Positions 24,701-39,700 of a stretch of DNA of 64,000 nucleotides are shown here, one piece after another. This DNA is from the human T2T-CHM13v2.0 reference genome, Homo sapiens. Each line of letters starts with the position of its first letter. The stretch's first letter is position 1. The notes under the pieces are model-generated. The model saw only the letters and a list, made by a program, of their open reading frames with translations. It was not told where the DNA came from and did no database searches. The translations under genes were made by a program, and so were the position numbers. The stretch lies in the NCBI RefSeq assembly GCF_009914755.1, contig NC_060943.1; one strand, given 5' to 3'.

Positions 24701-27700
24701 AGTTTCTCAGAAAGCTTCTGTCTAGTTTTTGAATGGAGATATTTCCTATTTCACCATAGGACAGAAACGGCTCAAAAATATACATTTTCAGATTCTACAA
24801 AAGGACTCTTTACAAACTGCTCCATCAAAAGAATGGTTCAATTCTGTGAGATGAATACACCAATTACAAAAAGATTCTCAGAATGCTTCTGTCTAGCTTT
24901 TATGTGAAGATATTTTCTTTTTCACCATAGGCATTACATTGCTCACAAATATTCCTCTGCAGCTACTACAAAAAGACCGTTTCCAAAATGCTCATTCAAA
25001 AGAAAGGTTCAACTCTGTGACATGAAAGGGCGCATTACTATGAAGTTTCTCAGAATGCTTCTCTCTAGTTTTTAAATGAAGATACTTCTTTTTCACCATA
25101 GGCCCAAATGGGCTCACAAATATCCCTTTACAGATTGTAGAAAAGGACTGCTTCCAAACTGTTCAAATGAAAGAAAGTTTCAACTCTGTGAGATGAATGC
25201 AAACATCACAAAGAAGTTCCTCAGAATGTTTCTGCCTAGTTTTTATGTGAAGATATTTCATTTTTCACCATAGGCCTCAAAGTGCTTCAAATATCCATTT
25301 GCAGATTCTACCAAAAGACTGTTTCCAAACTGCTCAAACAAAAGAAAGGTTCAACTATCAGAAATGAATGGACACAACACAAAGAAGTTTCTCAGAATGC
25401 CTCGGTGCACTTTTTATGTGAAAATACTTATTTTTCACCACAGGCCTCAAATGTCTCAGAAACATCCCTTGCAGATTGTACAAAAAGACTGTTTCCAAAC
25501 TGCTCAATCAAAAGTAGGTTTCAAATCTGTGAGGTGAATGCACCCATCACAAAGAAGTTTCTCAGAAAACTTCTCTTATTTTTTCTGTGAAGATATTTCC
25601 TTTTTCACCACAGGCTTCCAAGTGCTCCAAATATCCATATGCAGATTATACAAAAAGAATGTTTCCAAACTGCTCCATCAAAAAAAGGTTCAACTCTGTG
25701 AGATGAATGCACACATCATAGAGGAGTTTGTTAGAATTCTTCTGTCTAGTTTTTATGTGATGATATTTCCTTTTTCACCATAGGCCTAAACTGCTCACAA
25801 ATATCCCTCTGCAGATAATACAAAAAGACTGTTTCCAAACTGCTCCATCAAAAGAATGGTTCAACTTTGTGAGAGGAATGCACACAACAAAAAGCAGTTT
25901 CTCAGAATGCTTCTGTCTATATTTTATGTCAAGATATTTCCTTTTTCTCCATAGGCCTGAAAGTGCTCCAAATATTCATTTGTAGATTCTACAAAAAGAC
26001 TGTTTCCAAACTGCTCAATCAAAGAAAGGTTCAACTCTGTGGGATGAAAGCACACATCACAAACTAGTTTCTCAGAAAGCTTCTGTCTAGGTTTTATGTA
26101 AAGATATTTCCTATTTAGCATAGGCCACAATGGGCTCACAAATATCCCTCTGCAGATTCTTCTAATGGACTGTTTCCAAACTGTTCAAGAAAAAAAAGGG
26201 GTGTTGCCAAACTGCTCCAAAAAACGAAATGTTCCACTCTGTGAGGTAAATGCACACATCACAAAGAAATTTCTCAGAATGCTTCTGTCTAGTTTTTATG
26301 TGAAGATACTTCCTTTTGGACCATAGGCCTCAAAGCTCTCCAAATGTCCATTTGGAGATCCTACAAAAACACTGCTTCCAAACTACTCAATGAAAAGTAA
26401 CGTTCAACTCCGTGGGAAGAAAGCATACATCACAAAGTTTCTCAGAAAGTTTCTGTCTAGTTTTGGTGTGAACATATTTCCTATTTCATCGTAGGCCATA
26501 AAGGGCTCACAAATATCCTTCTGCAGATTCTACAAAAGGACTCTCTCCAAACTGCTCAGTCAAAAGAAAGGCTCAACTCTGTGAGATGAATGCAAATATC
26601 ACAAAAAAATTCTCAGAATGCTTCTGTCTAGTTTTTATGTGAAGGTATTTCCTTTTTCACCATAGTCCTCAAAGTGCTCCGAGTATAGATTTGTAGATTC
26701 TACAAAAAGACTCTGTCGAAACTACTCAATCAAAAGAAAGGTTGAACACTGGGAGATGAATGCACAAATCACAAAGAAGTTTCTCAGAATGCTTCTGTCT
26801 AGTTTTTATGTGAAGATATTTCCTTTTTCACCATAGGCCTTAAACTGGTCACAATTATCCCTATGCAGATACTACAAGAAGACTGTTTCCAAACTGCTCC
26901 ATCAAAATAAAAGTTCAACTCTGAGAAATGATTGCATACATCACAAAGAAGTGTCTCAGAATGCTTCTGTCTAGTTACTATGTGAAGATATTTCCTTTTT
27001 CACCATAGGTCTCAAAGTGCTCCAAATATCCATTTGCAGACTCTACAAAAAGACTATCTCTAAACTGCACAATCATCAGAAAGGTTCAAGTCTGTGAGAT
27101 GGAAGCATACATCAGATAGAAGTTTCTCCGTAAGCTTCTGTCTAGTTTTTATGTGAAGATATTTCCCTTTTCACCATAGGCCTTAAACTGCTCACAAATA
27201 TCCCTCTGCACATACTACAAAGATACTCTTTCCAAATGGCTCCATCAAAGGAAAGGTTCAACTCTGTGAGATAAATGCAAACATCACAAAGGATTTTGTC
27301 AGAATTCTTCTGTCTAGTTTTAATGTGAAGATATTTCCTTTTTCACCTTCAGCCTCAAAGCGCTCCAAATATCCAGTTGCATATTCTACAAAAGTGCTTT
27401 TTCCAAACTGCTCAATCCAAAGAATTGTTCAATGCCATGAAATAAAAGCACACATCACAAAGTAGTTTGTCAGAAAGCTTCTGTCTGGTTTTTATTGAAG
27501 ATATTTCCTGTTTCACCATAGGCTTCAATGGGCATAAAAATATCCCTTTGCAGATTTTACAAAAGGACTGTTTCCAAACTGTTCAAACAAAAGAGAGGTT
27601 CAACTCTGTGAGATGCAATCACACATCACAAAAAAGTTTGTCAAAATGCTTCTGTCTACTTTTTATGTTGATATATTTCCTATTTCATCATAGGACATAA

Positions 27701-30700
27701 AGGGCTGAAAAATATCCCTTTGCAGATTGTACAAAAAGACTGTTTCCAAACTGCTGAATCAAAAGAAAGGTTCAACACTTTGAGATGAATGGACACAACA
27801 CAAATAAGTTTCTCATAATGCTTCTGTCTAATTTTTATGTGAAGATACTTCTTTTTCACCATAGGCCTCAAACAGCTTGGAATTATCCATTTGCAGATTG
27901 TACAAAAAGACTGTTTCCAAACTGTTCAATCAAAAGGAACATTCAAATCTGTGAGAGGAATGCACACATCACAAAGAAGTTTCTCAGAAAGCTTCTGTTC
28001 AGTTTTAATATGGAGATATTTCCTTTTTCACTATAGGCCTTGAAGCACTACAAATATCCATTTGTAGAGTCTACAAAAGAGTTTTTCCAAACTGCTCCAT
28101 CAAAAGAAAGGTTGAACTGTGAGAGATGAAGCATACAGAACAAAGAAGTTTCTCAGAAATATTCTGTCTAGTTTTTATGTGAAGATATTTCCTATTTCAT
28201 CGTAGGCCATAAAGTTCTCACAAATATCCCTTTGCAGATTCTACAAAAACAGTGTTTCCAAACTGCTCAATCAAAGAAAGGTTCAACCCTCTGAGACGAA
28301 TGCAGGCATCACAAAGAAGTTTCTCAGAATTCTTCTCTCTACTTGTTATGTGAAGATATTTTCTTTTTCACCATAGGCCTCATAGCATTCCAAATGCCCA
28401 TTTGCAAATTCCACAAAAAGACTGTTTCCAAACTGCTCAATAAAAACTAACATTCATCTCTGTCAGATGAAATCATACATCACAAAGAAGTTTCTCAGTG
28501 AGCTTCTGTCTAGTTTTTATGTGAAGATATTTCCTTTTTCACCATAGTACTTAAACTGCTTACAAATATCCCTCTGCAGAAACTTCAAAAAGACTCTTTC
28601 CAAACTGCTCCATCAAAAGAAAGGTTCGTCTCTGTGAGATGAATGCACACAGAGCAAAGAAGTTTCTAAGAATGCTTCTGTCTAGTTTTTATTTGAAGAT
28701 ACTTCATTTTTCACCATAGGCCTTAACTGCTCACAAATATCGCTCTGCAGTTACTACAAAAAGACTCCTTCCAACGTGCACCATCAAAAGAAACGTTCAG
28801 CTCTGTGAGATGCATGCACACATCACAAAGGAGTTTCTCAAAATGCCTCTGTCTAGTTTTTATGTGTAGATATTTCCTTTTCAACATAGGCCTCAAAGTG
28901 CTCCAAATATCCACTTGCAGATTCTACAAATAGATGGTTTCCAAACCGCTCAATCAAAAGAAAGGTTCAACTCTGTGAGATGAATGCAAACATCACAAAG
29001 AATGTTCTTGAAAGCTTCTGTTTAGTTTTTATATGAAGATATTTCCTTTTTCACCACAGGCCTCAAATGGCTCAGAAATATTCCTTGGCAGATTATACAA
29101 AAAGACCGCTTCCAAACTGCTCAATCGAAAGAAATGTTCAACTCTGTGAGATGAATGCTCACATCACAAAGTAATTTCTCAGAAAGCTTCTGTTTACTTT
29201 TTATGTGAAGAAATTTCCTTTTTCACCATAAGCCTCAAAGTGCCCCTAATATCCACTTGCAGATTCTACAAAAAGAGTGTTTCAAAACTGCTCAATCAAA
29301 AGAAAGTTTAAACTCTGTGAGATGAATGCAAACATCAAAAAGAAGGTTCTCAGAAAGCTTCTGTCTGCTTTTATGTGAAGATATTTCCTATTTCATCATA
29401 GGCCATAAAGGGCTCACAAATATCCCTTTACAGATCCTATGAAAAGACTGTTTACAAAATGCTCAATCATCAAAAGAAAGTTTCAACTCTGTGAGATGAA
29501 CGGACATATCCAAAAGAAGTTTCTCAGAATGCTTCCGTCTAGTTTTTATGTGAGGATGTTTCTTTTTCACCATAGGCCTAAAACAGCTCAGAAATATCCC
29601 TTTGCAGATTCTACAAGAAGACTGTTTCGAACCTGTTCCATCAAAAGAAGGGCTCAAATCTTTGAGATGAATGCAGGCATCACAAAGAAGTTTCTCAGAA
29701 TGCTTCCATCTGGTTTTATGTGAAGTTATTTCCTTTTCCACCGTATACCTCAAAGGGCTCCAAGTATCCATTTGTAGATTCCACAAAAATGTTTTTTCCA
29801 AACTGCTCAATCAAAAGAAAGGTTCAACTCTGGGAGACGAAAGCATACATCATAAAGAAGTTTCTCAGAAAGCTTCTGTCTAGTTTTTATTTGAAGATAT
29901 TTCCTATTCCACAGTAGGCCATACAGGGCTCAAAAATATCCCTTTGCAGATTCTATGAAAAGACTGTTTCAAAATTGCTCAATCAAAGTAAAGTTTCAAA
30001 TCTGGGAGATGAATGGACACATTACAAAGAAGTTTCTTAGAATGCTTCTGTCTAGCTTTTATGTGAAGAAATTTCCTTTTTCACCATAGACCTCAAAGTG
30101 CTCCAAATATACATTTGTAGATTCTACAAAAAGACTGAATTTTTTTTATTTGTAAATACTATTTTATTCCTTTATAATCTATATATATATATATCTTAAT
30201 ACTTTCTGTGTGTCAGATAATACACTGGGTTCTGAGGAAAACAAGGTATAAAAATAATTTTTCTCATACTTGAGAAGATTTTAGTCTAGTGGGAAATGAT
30301 TGAGATGAGTCATTTCCCAAAAAGACTGATTTCTAAATGCTCCATGAAAAGAGAGGATCAACTCTGTGAGATGAAGGCACACATCACAAAGAACTTACTC
30401 AGAGTGTTTCCGTTTAGTTTTTATGTGAAGATGTTCCCTATTTCACCATAGGCATTAAACTGCACACAAATATCCCTCTGCAGATAATACAAAAGGACGG
30501 GTTCCAAACTGCTCCATCAAAAGAAATGTTCAACTCTGTGAAATGAATGCACACATCACAAAGTAGTTTCTCAGAAAGCTTCTGCTTAGTTTTTATGTGA
30601 AGATATTTCCTTTTTCACAATAGGCCTCAAAACGCTCAAAATATCCATTTGCAGATTCTACAAAAAGACTGTTTCCAAACTGCTCAATCAAAAAGAGGTT

Positions 30701-33700
30701 CAACTCTGTGAGATGAATGCAAACATCACAAAGAACTTTCTCAGAAACATCTGTCTGCTTTTAAGTTGAAGACATTTCCTATTTCACCATAGACCATAAA
30801 GGGCTTACAAATATCCCTTTGCAGATTCTACAAAAAGAATTTTTCCAAACTGCTCAATCAAAAGAAAGTTTCAACACTGTGAGATGAATGGACATATCAC
30901 AAAGAACTTTCTCAGAAAGCTTCTGTCTAGTTTTTTATGTGAGGATATTTGTTTTTAATCTAGGCCTCAACAGCTCAGAAATATCACTTTGCAGATTGTA
31001 CAAGAAGACTGTTTCAAAACTGCTCCATCAATAGAAAGTTTCAACACTTTGAGATGAATGCAGACATCACAAAGAAGTTTCTCAGGATGCTTCTGTCTAG
31101 TTTTTATGTGAAGATATTTCCTTTTTTACCATAGGCCTCAAAGCGCTATAAATATCCTTTTGCAGATTCTACAAAAAGACTGTTTCCAAACTTCTCAATC
31201 AAAAGAAGGATTCAAATGTCTGAGATGAACCAACACATTATAAAGAAGTTTCGAAGAATGCTTCTGTCTAGTATTTATGTGAAGATATTTGCTTTTTCAT
31301 CATATGCCTTAAACCGGACACAAATATCCCTCTGCAGATACTTCAAAAAGACTCTTTTGGAACTTCTCCATCAAAAGAAAGTTTCAACTCTGTGAGATGA
31401 ATGCACACATCACCAAGAAGTTTCTCAGAGAGACTCAGTCTAGTTTTAATGTGAAGATATTTCCTTTTTCACCATAGGCCTCAAACTGCTCCAACTATTC
31501 ACTTGCAGATTCTACAAAAAGAGTGTTTCAGAACTGCTCAATCAAAAGAAAGATTCAGCTCTGTCAGATGAATGCACACATAACAAAGAAGTTTCTGAGA
31601 ATGCTTCTGTCTAGTTTTTATGTGAAGATATTTCCTATTTCACCATAGGCCATAAAGAGCTCAAAAATATCCCTGTGCAGATTCTTCAAAAACACTGCTT
31701 CCAAATGCTCAATCAAAAGAAAGGTTCAACTCTGTGAGATGAATGCACACATCACAAAGATGTTTCTCAGACTCCTTCTGTCTAGTTTTTATGTGAAGAT
31801 ATTCTTTATTCACCATAGGCCTCAAACAGCTCGGAAATATCCATTTGCAGATTGTACAAAAAGACTGTTTCCAAACTGCTTAATCAAAAGAAAGTTTCAA
31901 CTCTGTGAAATTAATGCAGGTATCAAAAAGAAGTTTCTTAGAATGCTTCAGTCTAATTTTTATGTGGAGATATTTCCTTTTTCACTATAGGCCTCAAAGT
32001 GCTTCAAATATCCATTTGCAGATTCTACAAAAAGACTGTTTCCAAACTGCTTAATGAAAAGAAAGTTTCAAGTCTGTGAGATGAATACACACATCTCTAA
32101 GAAGTTTCTTAGAATGATTCTCTCTAGCTTTTATGTGTAGATATTTCCTTTTTCACCATAGGCCTTAAATCGGTCACAAATATCCCCCAGCAGATACTTC
32201 AAAAAGACGTTTCCAAACTGCTCCATCAAAAGAAATAATCAAACCTCTGAGATGAATGCACACATCACAATGAAGTTTATCAGAATGCTTCTGTCTAATT
32301 TTTAAGTGAAGATATATCCTTTTTCACCATAGGCCTCAAAACCCTCCAAATATCCACTTGCAGATTATACAAAAAGACTGTTTCTAAACAGCTCAATCAA
32401 AAGGAAGGTTCAACTCTGTGAGATGAAAGCATACATCACAAAGAAGTTCCTCAGAAAGCTACTGTCTAGTTTTGATGTGAAGATATTTTCTATTTCACCA
32501 TAGGCCACAATGGGCTCACAAGTATTCCTGTTCAGATTCTATGAAAAGACTGTTTCCAAACTGCTCAAACAAAGGAGAGATTCCACTCTGTGAGACGAAT
32601 GCACACATCACAAAGAAGTTTCTCAGAATTATTCTGTCTAGTTTTTATGTGAAGATATTTCCTTTTTCACCATAGGCCTCAAAGCACTCCAAATATCCAT
32701 TTGCAGATTCTACAAAAAGAGTTTTTCCAACCTTCTCAATCAAAAGAAAGATTCAACTCTGCGAGATGAAGGCACATGTCACAAAGAAGTTTCTCAGAAT
32801 GCTTCTGTCTACTTTTTATGTGAAGATATTTCCTTTTTCATCATTGGCCTCAAAGTGCTCCAAATATCCTTTTACAGATTCTACAAAAAGACTGTTTCCT
32901 AACTGCTCAATCAAAGCAAAGGCTTAACTCTGTGAGATGAATGCACTCATCACAAACAAGCTTCTCAGATTGCTTCTGTCTAGTTCTGATATTTAGATAT
33001 TCCTTTTTCACCATAGGCCACAAACGGCTCAAAAATATCCATTTGCAGATTGTACAAAAAGACTGTTTCCAAATTGCTCAATGAAAAGAAAAGTTCAACT
33101 CTGTGAAATGCATACAGGTATCACAAAGAAGTTTCTCAGAATGCTTCTGTCTATTTTTTATATGAAGATATTTCCTTTTCACCATAGACATCAAAGCCCT
33201 CCAAATATCCATTTGCAGATTCTAAAAAAATACTGCTTCCAAACTGCTCAATCAAAAGGAAGCTTCAACTCTGTAAGATGAATGCACACATCACAAAAAG
33301 CTTCCCAGAATGCTTCTGTCTAGTTTTTGTGACAAGATATTTCCTATGTAAACGTATGCCTCAAAGTGATTCAAATATCCATTTGAAGATTCTACAAAAA
33401 GAGTGTTTCCAACAAGTTCAATCAAAAGAAAATTCAACTTTGTGAGATGAATGCACACATCACAAAGAAGTTTCTCTAAATGCTTCTGTATAGTTTTTAT
33501 GTGAAGATATTTCCTTTTTCACCATAGACCTTAAACACGTCACAAATATCCCTCAGCAGATACTACAAAAACAGTGTTTCCAAAGTGCTCCATGAAAAGA
33601 AAGCTTCAACTCTGTGAGATCAAAGCCTATATCACAAAGAAGTTTCTCAGAATGCTTCTGTCTACTTTTTATGTGAAGATATCTCTTTTTCACAATAGGC

Positions 33701-36700
33701 CTCAAACGGTTCAGAAATATGCCTTTGCAGATTGTACAAAACGACTGTTTCCAAATTGCTCAATCAAAAGAAAGTTTCAACTCTGTGTGATGAATGCAGG
33801 CATCACAAAGAAGTTTCTCAGAAAGGTTCTGTCTAGTATTTACGTGAAGTGATTTACTATTTCACCATAGGCCGTAAAGGGCTCAAAAATATCCCAGTGC
33901 AGATTCTACAAAAAGACTGTTTCCAAACTGCTCAATCAAAAGAAACGTTGAACTCTTTGAGATGAATGCAGAGATCACAAATAAGTTTCTCAGAATGCTT
34001 CTGTCTAGTTTTTATGTGAAGATATTTCTTTTTCACCATAGGCTTCAAACCACAAGGAAATATCCCTTTGAAGATTGTACAAAAAGACGGTTTCCAAACT
34101 GCTCAATCAAAAGAAAAGCTCAACTCTGTCAGATGAATGCAGTCATCACAAAGAAGTTTCTCAGAATGTTTCTTTCTAGTTTTTATGTGAAGATATTTCC
34201 TTTTTCACCAAAGGCTTCAAAGCGCTCCAAATATCCATTTGCATATTCTACAGAAAGACTGTTTCCAAAGTGCTTCATCTAAAGAAAGGTTCAGCACTGT
34301 GAGATGAATACACACATCACAAAGAAGTTTCTCTGAATGCTATTGTATAGTATTTATATGAAGATATTTCCTTTTTCACCATAGGCCACAATCTTCTCCA
34401 AATGTCAATTTGCAGATTCTATAAAAACAGTGTTTCTAACCTGCTCAATCAAAAGAATGGTTCAGCTCTGTGAGATGAATGCACACATCACCAAGAAGTT
34501 TCTCAGAATGTTTCTGTCTCGTTTTTATGTAAAGATACTTCCTTTTTCACCAAGGGCCTTAAACCAATCACAAATATCTCTCTGTAGATACTACAAAAAG
34601 ACTGTTTCCAAAGTCCTCCATCAAAAGAAAATTTCAACTCTGTGAGATGAATGCACACATCATGAAGAAGTTTCTCAGAATGCTTCTGTCTAGTTTTTAT
34701 GTGAATATATTTCTTTTTTCACCATAGGCCTCAAAGCACTCCAAATATCCATTTGCAGACTCTACAAAAAGAGTGTTTTCAACGTGCTCAATCAAAACAA
34801 AGGTTCAACTCAGTGAGATGAATGCACACATCACAAAGATGTTTATCAGAATGGTTCTGTCTAATATTTATGTGAAGATATTTCCTTTATCACCGTAGGC
34901 CTTAAACTGGTCACAAATATCCATCTGCAGATACCACAAAAAGACTATTTCCAAAATGCTCCATGAAAAGAAAGGTTCAATCCTGTAACATGAATGCACA
35001 TATCACAAAGAAGTTTCTCGGAATGCTTCTGTCTAGTTTTTATGTGAAGATACTTCTTTTTAAACATTGTCCTCAAAAGGCTCGGAAATATCCCTTTGCA
35101 GATTGTACGAAAAGACTGCCTCAAAACTGCGCAGTCAGAAGAAAGTTTCAACTCTGAGATGAATGTAGGCATCACAAAGAAGTTTCTCAGAATGCTTCTG
35201 TCTAGTTTCTACATGAAGATATTACCTATTTCACCATAGGCCAAAAAGGGCTCACAAAAATCCCTGTTCAAATTCTACGAATACACTGTTTCCAAACTGC
35301 TTCATCAGAAGACACGTTCAACTCTGTGAGATGAATGCACACATCACAAGGAAGTTTCTCAGGTGATTCTGTGTTGTTTTTATGTGAAGATATTCTATTT
35401 TTCACCAGAGACCTCAAAGTGTTGCAAATATCCATTTGCAGATGCTACAAAAAGAGTGTTAACAACCTGCTCAATCAAAAGAAAGGTTCAACTCTGTGAG
35501 CTGAATTCACACATCAGAAATATATTTCTCAGAATGCTTCTGTCTAGTTTTTATGTGAAGACATTTCCTTTTTCACCATTGGCCTTAAACCGGTCACTAA
35601 TATCCCTCTGCAGATACTACTAAATGACTGTTTCCAAACTGTTACATCAAAAGAAAGGTTCAACACTGTGAAATGAATGCACTCATCACAAAGAAGTTTC
35701 TCTGAATGCTTCTGTGTAGTTTTTCTGTGAAGATATTTCCTTTTTCACATAGGACTCAAAGTGTTCCAAATATCCATTTGCAGATCTACAAAAAGACAGT
35801 TTCCAAAGTGCTCAATCAAAAGAAACGTTCAACTGTTTGAGATGAAAGCATATATCACAAAGAATTTTATCAGAAAACTTCTATCTAGTTTTTATGTGAG
35901 GATATTTCCTACTTCACCATAGGCCATAAGGGGCTCACAAATATCCCTGTGCAGATTCTACAAAAAGACTGTTTCCAAACTGCTCAATGAAAAGAAAGTT
36001 TCAACTCAGTGAGATGAATGCACACAGCACAAAGAAGTTTTTCAGAATGCTTCTGTCTAGTTTTTATGTGAAGATATTTCCTTTTTCACCACAGGCCCTA
36101 AACCAGTCACAAATATCCCTCTGCAGATACTACAAAAAGGCTGTTTCCAAAGTGCTCCATGAAAAGAAAGGTTCAACTCTGTGAGATGAATGCAGGCATC
36201 AAAAGAAGTTTCTCAAAATGCTTCTTTCCAGTTCTTATCTGAAGATATTTAGTTTTTCACCATAGTCCTTAAATTGCTCAAAATATCCATTAGCAGAATC
36301 TACAAAAAGACTGTTTCCAAACTGCTCAACCAAATAAAAGTTCAACTCTGTGAGATGAATGCACCCATCACAAAGAAGTTTCTCAGAATGCTTCTGTCTA
36401 CTCTTTATGTGATGATAATTCCTTTTTCACCATAGGCCTCAAAGGGCTCCAAGTATCCATTTGCAGCTTCTATAAAAAGAGCGTTTTTAACTGGCTCTAT
36501 CAAAAGAAAGGTTCAGTTCTGTGAGATGAATGCACACATCACAGAGCAGTTTCTCAGAATGCTTCTGTCTAGTTTTTATATGAAGATATTTCCTTTTTCA
36601 CCACAGGCCTTAAACCGTTCACAAACATCCCACTGCAGATAATACAAAAAGACTGTTTCCCAATTGCTCCATGAAAACAAAAGGTTCAACTCCGTCAGAT

Positions 36701-39700
36701 GAATGCACACACCAAAAAGAAGTTTCTCAGAATCCTTCTGTCTAGTTTTTATGTGAAGATATTTCCTTGTTCACCTTAGGCCTCAAACCGCTCCAAATAT
36801 CCATTTGCAGATTCTACAAAAAGATGTTTCCAACCTGCTCAATCAAAAGAAAGGTTTTATTCTGTGAGATGAAAGCACACATCACAAAGAAGTTTCTCAG
36901 AATACTTCTCTCTAGTTTTTATGTGAAGATATTTCCTTTTTCAACATAAGTCTTAAACCTCGCACAAATATCCCTCTACAGATACTTCACAAGCACTGTT
37001 TGGAAACTGCTCCATCAAAATAAATTTTCAACTCTGTGAGATGAGTGCACAGATCACAAGGAAGTTCCTCAGAATGCTTCTGTCTAGTTTTTATTGGAAG
37101 TTATTTCTTTTTCACCATATGCCTCAAACAGCTCGGAAATATCCCTTTGGATAAGGTTTAAACAGACTGTTTCCAAAGTGCTCAATCAGAAGAGAGCTTC
37201 AACTCTGTGAGATGAATGCAGGCATCCAAAAGAAGTTTCTCAGAATGTTTCTTTCTAGTTTTTATGTGAAGATATTTCCTTTTTCACCATAGGCCTCAAA
37301 TCGCTCCAAATATCCATTTGCAGTTTCTACAAAAAGACTGTTTCCAAACTGCTCAACAAAAGAAAAGTTCAACTCGGTGAGATGAATGCTCACATCACAA
37401 ATAAATTTCTGACAGTGCTTCTGCCAGAAGCAATTCGATATTTGCTATTTCAAAATAGGGCGTAAAGGGCTCACAAATATATCTGTGTAGATTTTACGAA
37501 AAAACTGTTTCCAAACTGCTCAGTCAAAAGATTCAACTCTGTGAAATGAATGCAGATATCACATAGAAGTTTTTCAGAATAATTCTGTCTAGTTTTTATG
37601 TGAAGATATTTCCTTTATCACCATAGGCCTCAAAGTGCTCCAAATATCCCTTTGCAGATTCTACAAAATGATGGATTCCAAACTGCTCTATCAAAAGAAC
37701 GGTACAACTCTGTGAGATGAATGCACACATCACAAAGAAGTCTCTCAGAATGCTTCTGTCTGGTTTTTAAGTGAAGATATTTCCATTTTCACCAAAGGCT
37801 TCAAAGCGCTCCAAATATCCATTTGCAGATTCTACAAAAAGAGTGTATCCAACCTGCTCAATAAAAGAATGGTTCAACTCTGTGAGATGAATTCACACAT
37901 CACAAAGCAGTTTCTCAGAATGCTTCTGTCTAGTTTTTATGAGAAGATATTTCCTTTTTCACCTCAGGCCTTAAACCAGTCACAAATATCCCTCTGCAGA
38001 TTCTACAAAAAGACTCTTTCTAAACTGCTCCATCAAAAGAAGAGTTCAACTGGGTGAGATGAATGCACACATCACAAGAAGTTTCTCAGAATGGTTCTGT
38101 CTAATTCTTCTGTGAAGATATTTCCTTTTTCACCACAGGCCTCAAAGCGCTCTGAACATCCATTTCCAGATTCTACAAAAAGACTGTTTCCAAACTGCCC
38201 AATCAAAAGGAATGTTCAACTCTGTGAGATGGAAGCAAACATCACAAAGAAGTTTCTCAGAAAGCTTCTGTCTAGCTTTAATGTGAAATACTTCCTATTT
38301 CACCACAGGCTATAAAGGGCTGACAAATATCCCTGGGCAGATTCTATGAAAAGACTGTTTCCAAACTGCTCAATCAAAAGAAATGTTCAACTCTGTAAGA
38401 TGAATGCACATGTCACAAAAAAAGTTTCTCAGACTGCTTCTGTCTAGTTTTTATGTGAAGATATTCCTTTTTTACCTTAGGCCTCAAAAGGCTCAGAATT
38501 ATCCCTTTTCAGATTGTAGAAAAAGACTGTTTCCAAACTGCTCAATTGAAAGAAAGGTTCAACTGTGTGAGATGAATGCAAACATCACAAAGAAGTTTCT
38601 CAGAATTATTCTGTCTAGTTTTTATGTGAAGATATTTCCTTTTTCACCACAGGCCTTAAACCGGTCACAAATATCCCTCTGCAGATACTACAAAATACTG
38701 TTTCCAAACTGCTCCATGAAAGGAAAGGTTCAAATCTGTGAGATGAATGCACACATCACAAAGAAGTTTCTCAGAATGCTTCTCTGTAGTTCTTATGTGT
38801 AGATGTTTCCTTTTTCACCATAGGCGTCAAAGCACTCTAAATATACTTTTGCAGATTCTACAAGAAGACTGTTTCCAAACTGCACAATCGAGAGAAAGAT
38901 TCAACTCCATGAGATGAATGCACACATCACAAAGTCGTCTTTCAGAATGCTTCCGTCTAGTTTTAATTTGAAGATATTTCCTTTTTCACTGTAGGCCTTA
39001 AACTGGTCACAAAAGTCCCTCTGCAGAGACTATAAAAACACGTTTTCCAAACTGCTCCATCAAAAGTAAGGTTCAACTCTGTGAGATGAATGCAAACTTC
39101 ACAAAGAGTTTCTCAGAATCCTTCTGTCTTGTTTTTGTGTGACGATATTGTCTTTTTCACCATAAGCCTCAAAGTGCTCCAAATATCCATTGGCAGATTC
39201 TACATAAAGACTGTTTCCGAACTGCTGGATCAAAAGAAAAGTTCAACTGTGTGAGATGAATGCACACATCACAAAGAAGTTTCTCAGAAACCTTCCGTCT
39301 AGTTTTTGCTTGAAGATATTTCCTATTTTACCACAGGTCATGAAGGGCTCACAAATATCCCTGTGCAGATTCTAAGAAAAGACTCTTTCCATACTGCTCA
39401 ATCAAATGAGAGTTTCAAATTTGTGAGGTGAATGCAAACATCACAAAGAGTTTCCTCAGATTGCTTCTGTCTAGTTTTTATGTGAAGATATTTCCTTTTT
39501 CACCATAGGCCTCAAAGTGCTCCAAATATCCACTAGCAGATTCTACAAAAAGACTGTTTCCAAACTGCTCAAGAAAAGAAAGATTTAAATCTGTGAGATA
39601 ATAGTATACATTACAAAGTAGTTTCTCAGAAAGCCTCTGTCTAGTTTGTATGTGAAGATATTTGCTATTTCAACATAGGGCATAAAGGGCTCAGAAATAT

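Noticed and set aside
26170-26225. Out-of-phase monomer with A/G run
   Set aside because: Looks like a simple local deletion or partial duplication (~35 bp); no TSD or foreign sequence.
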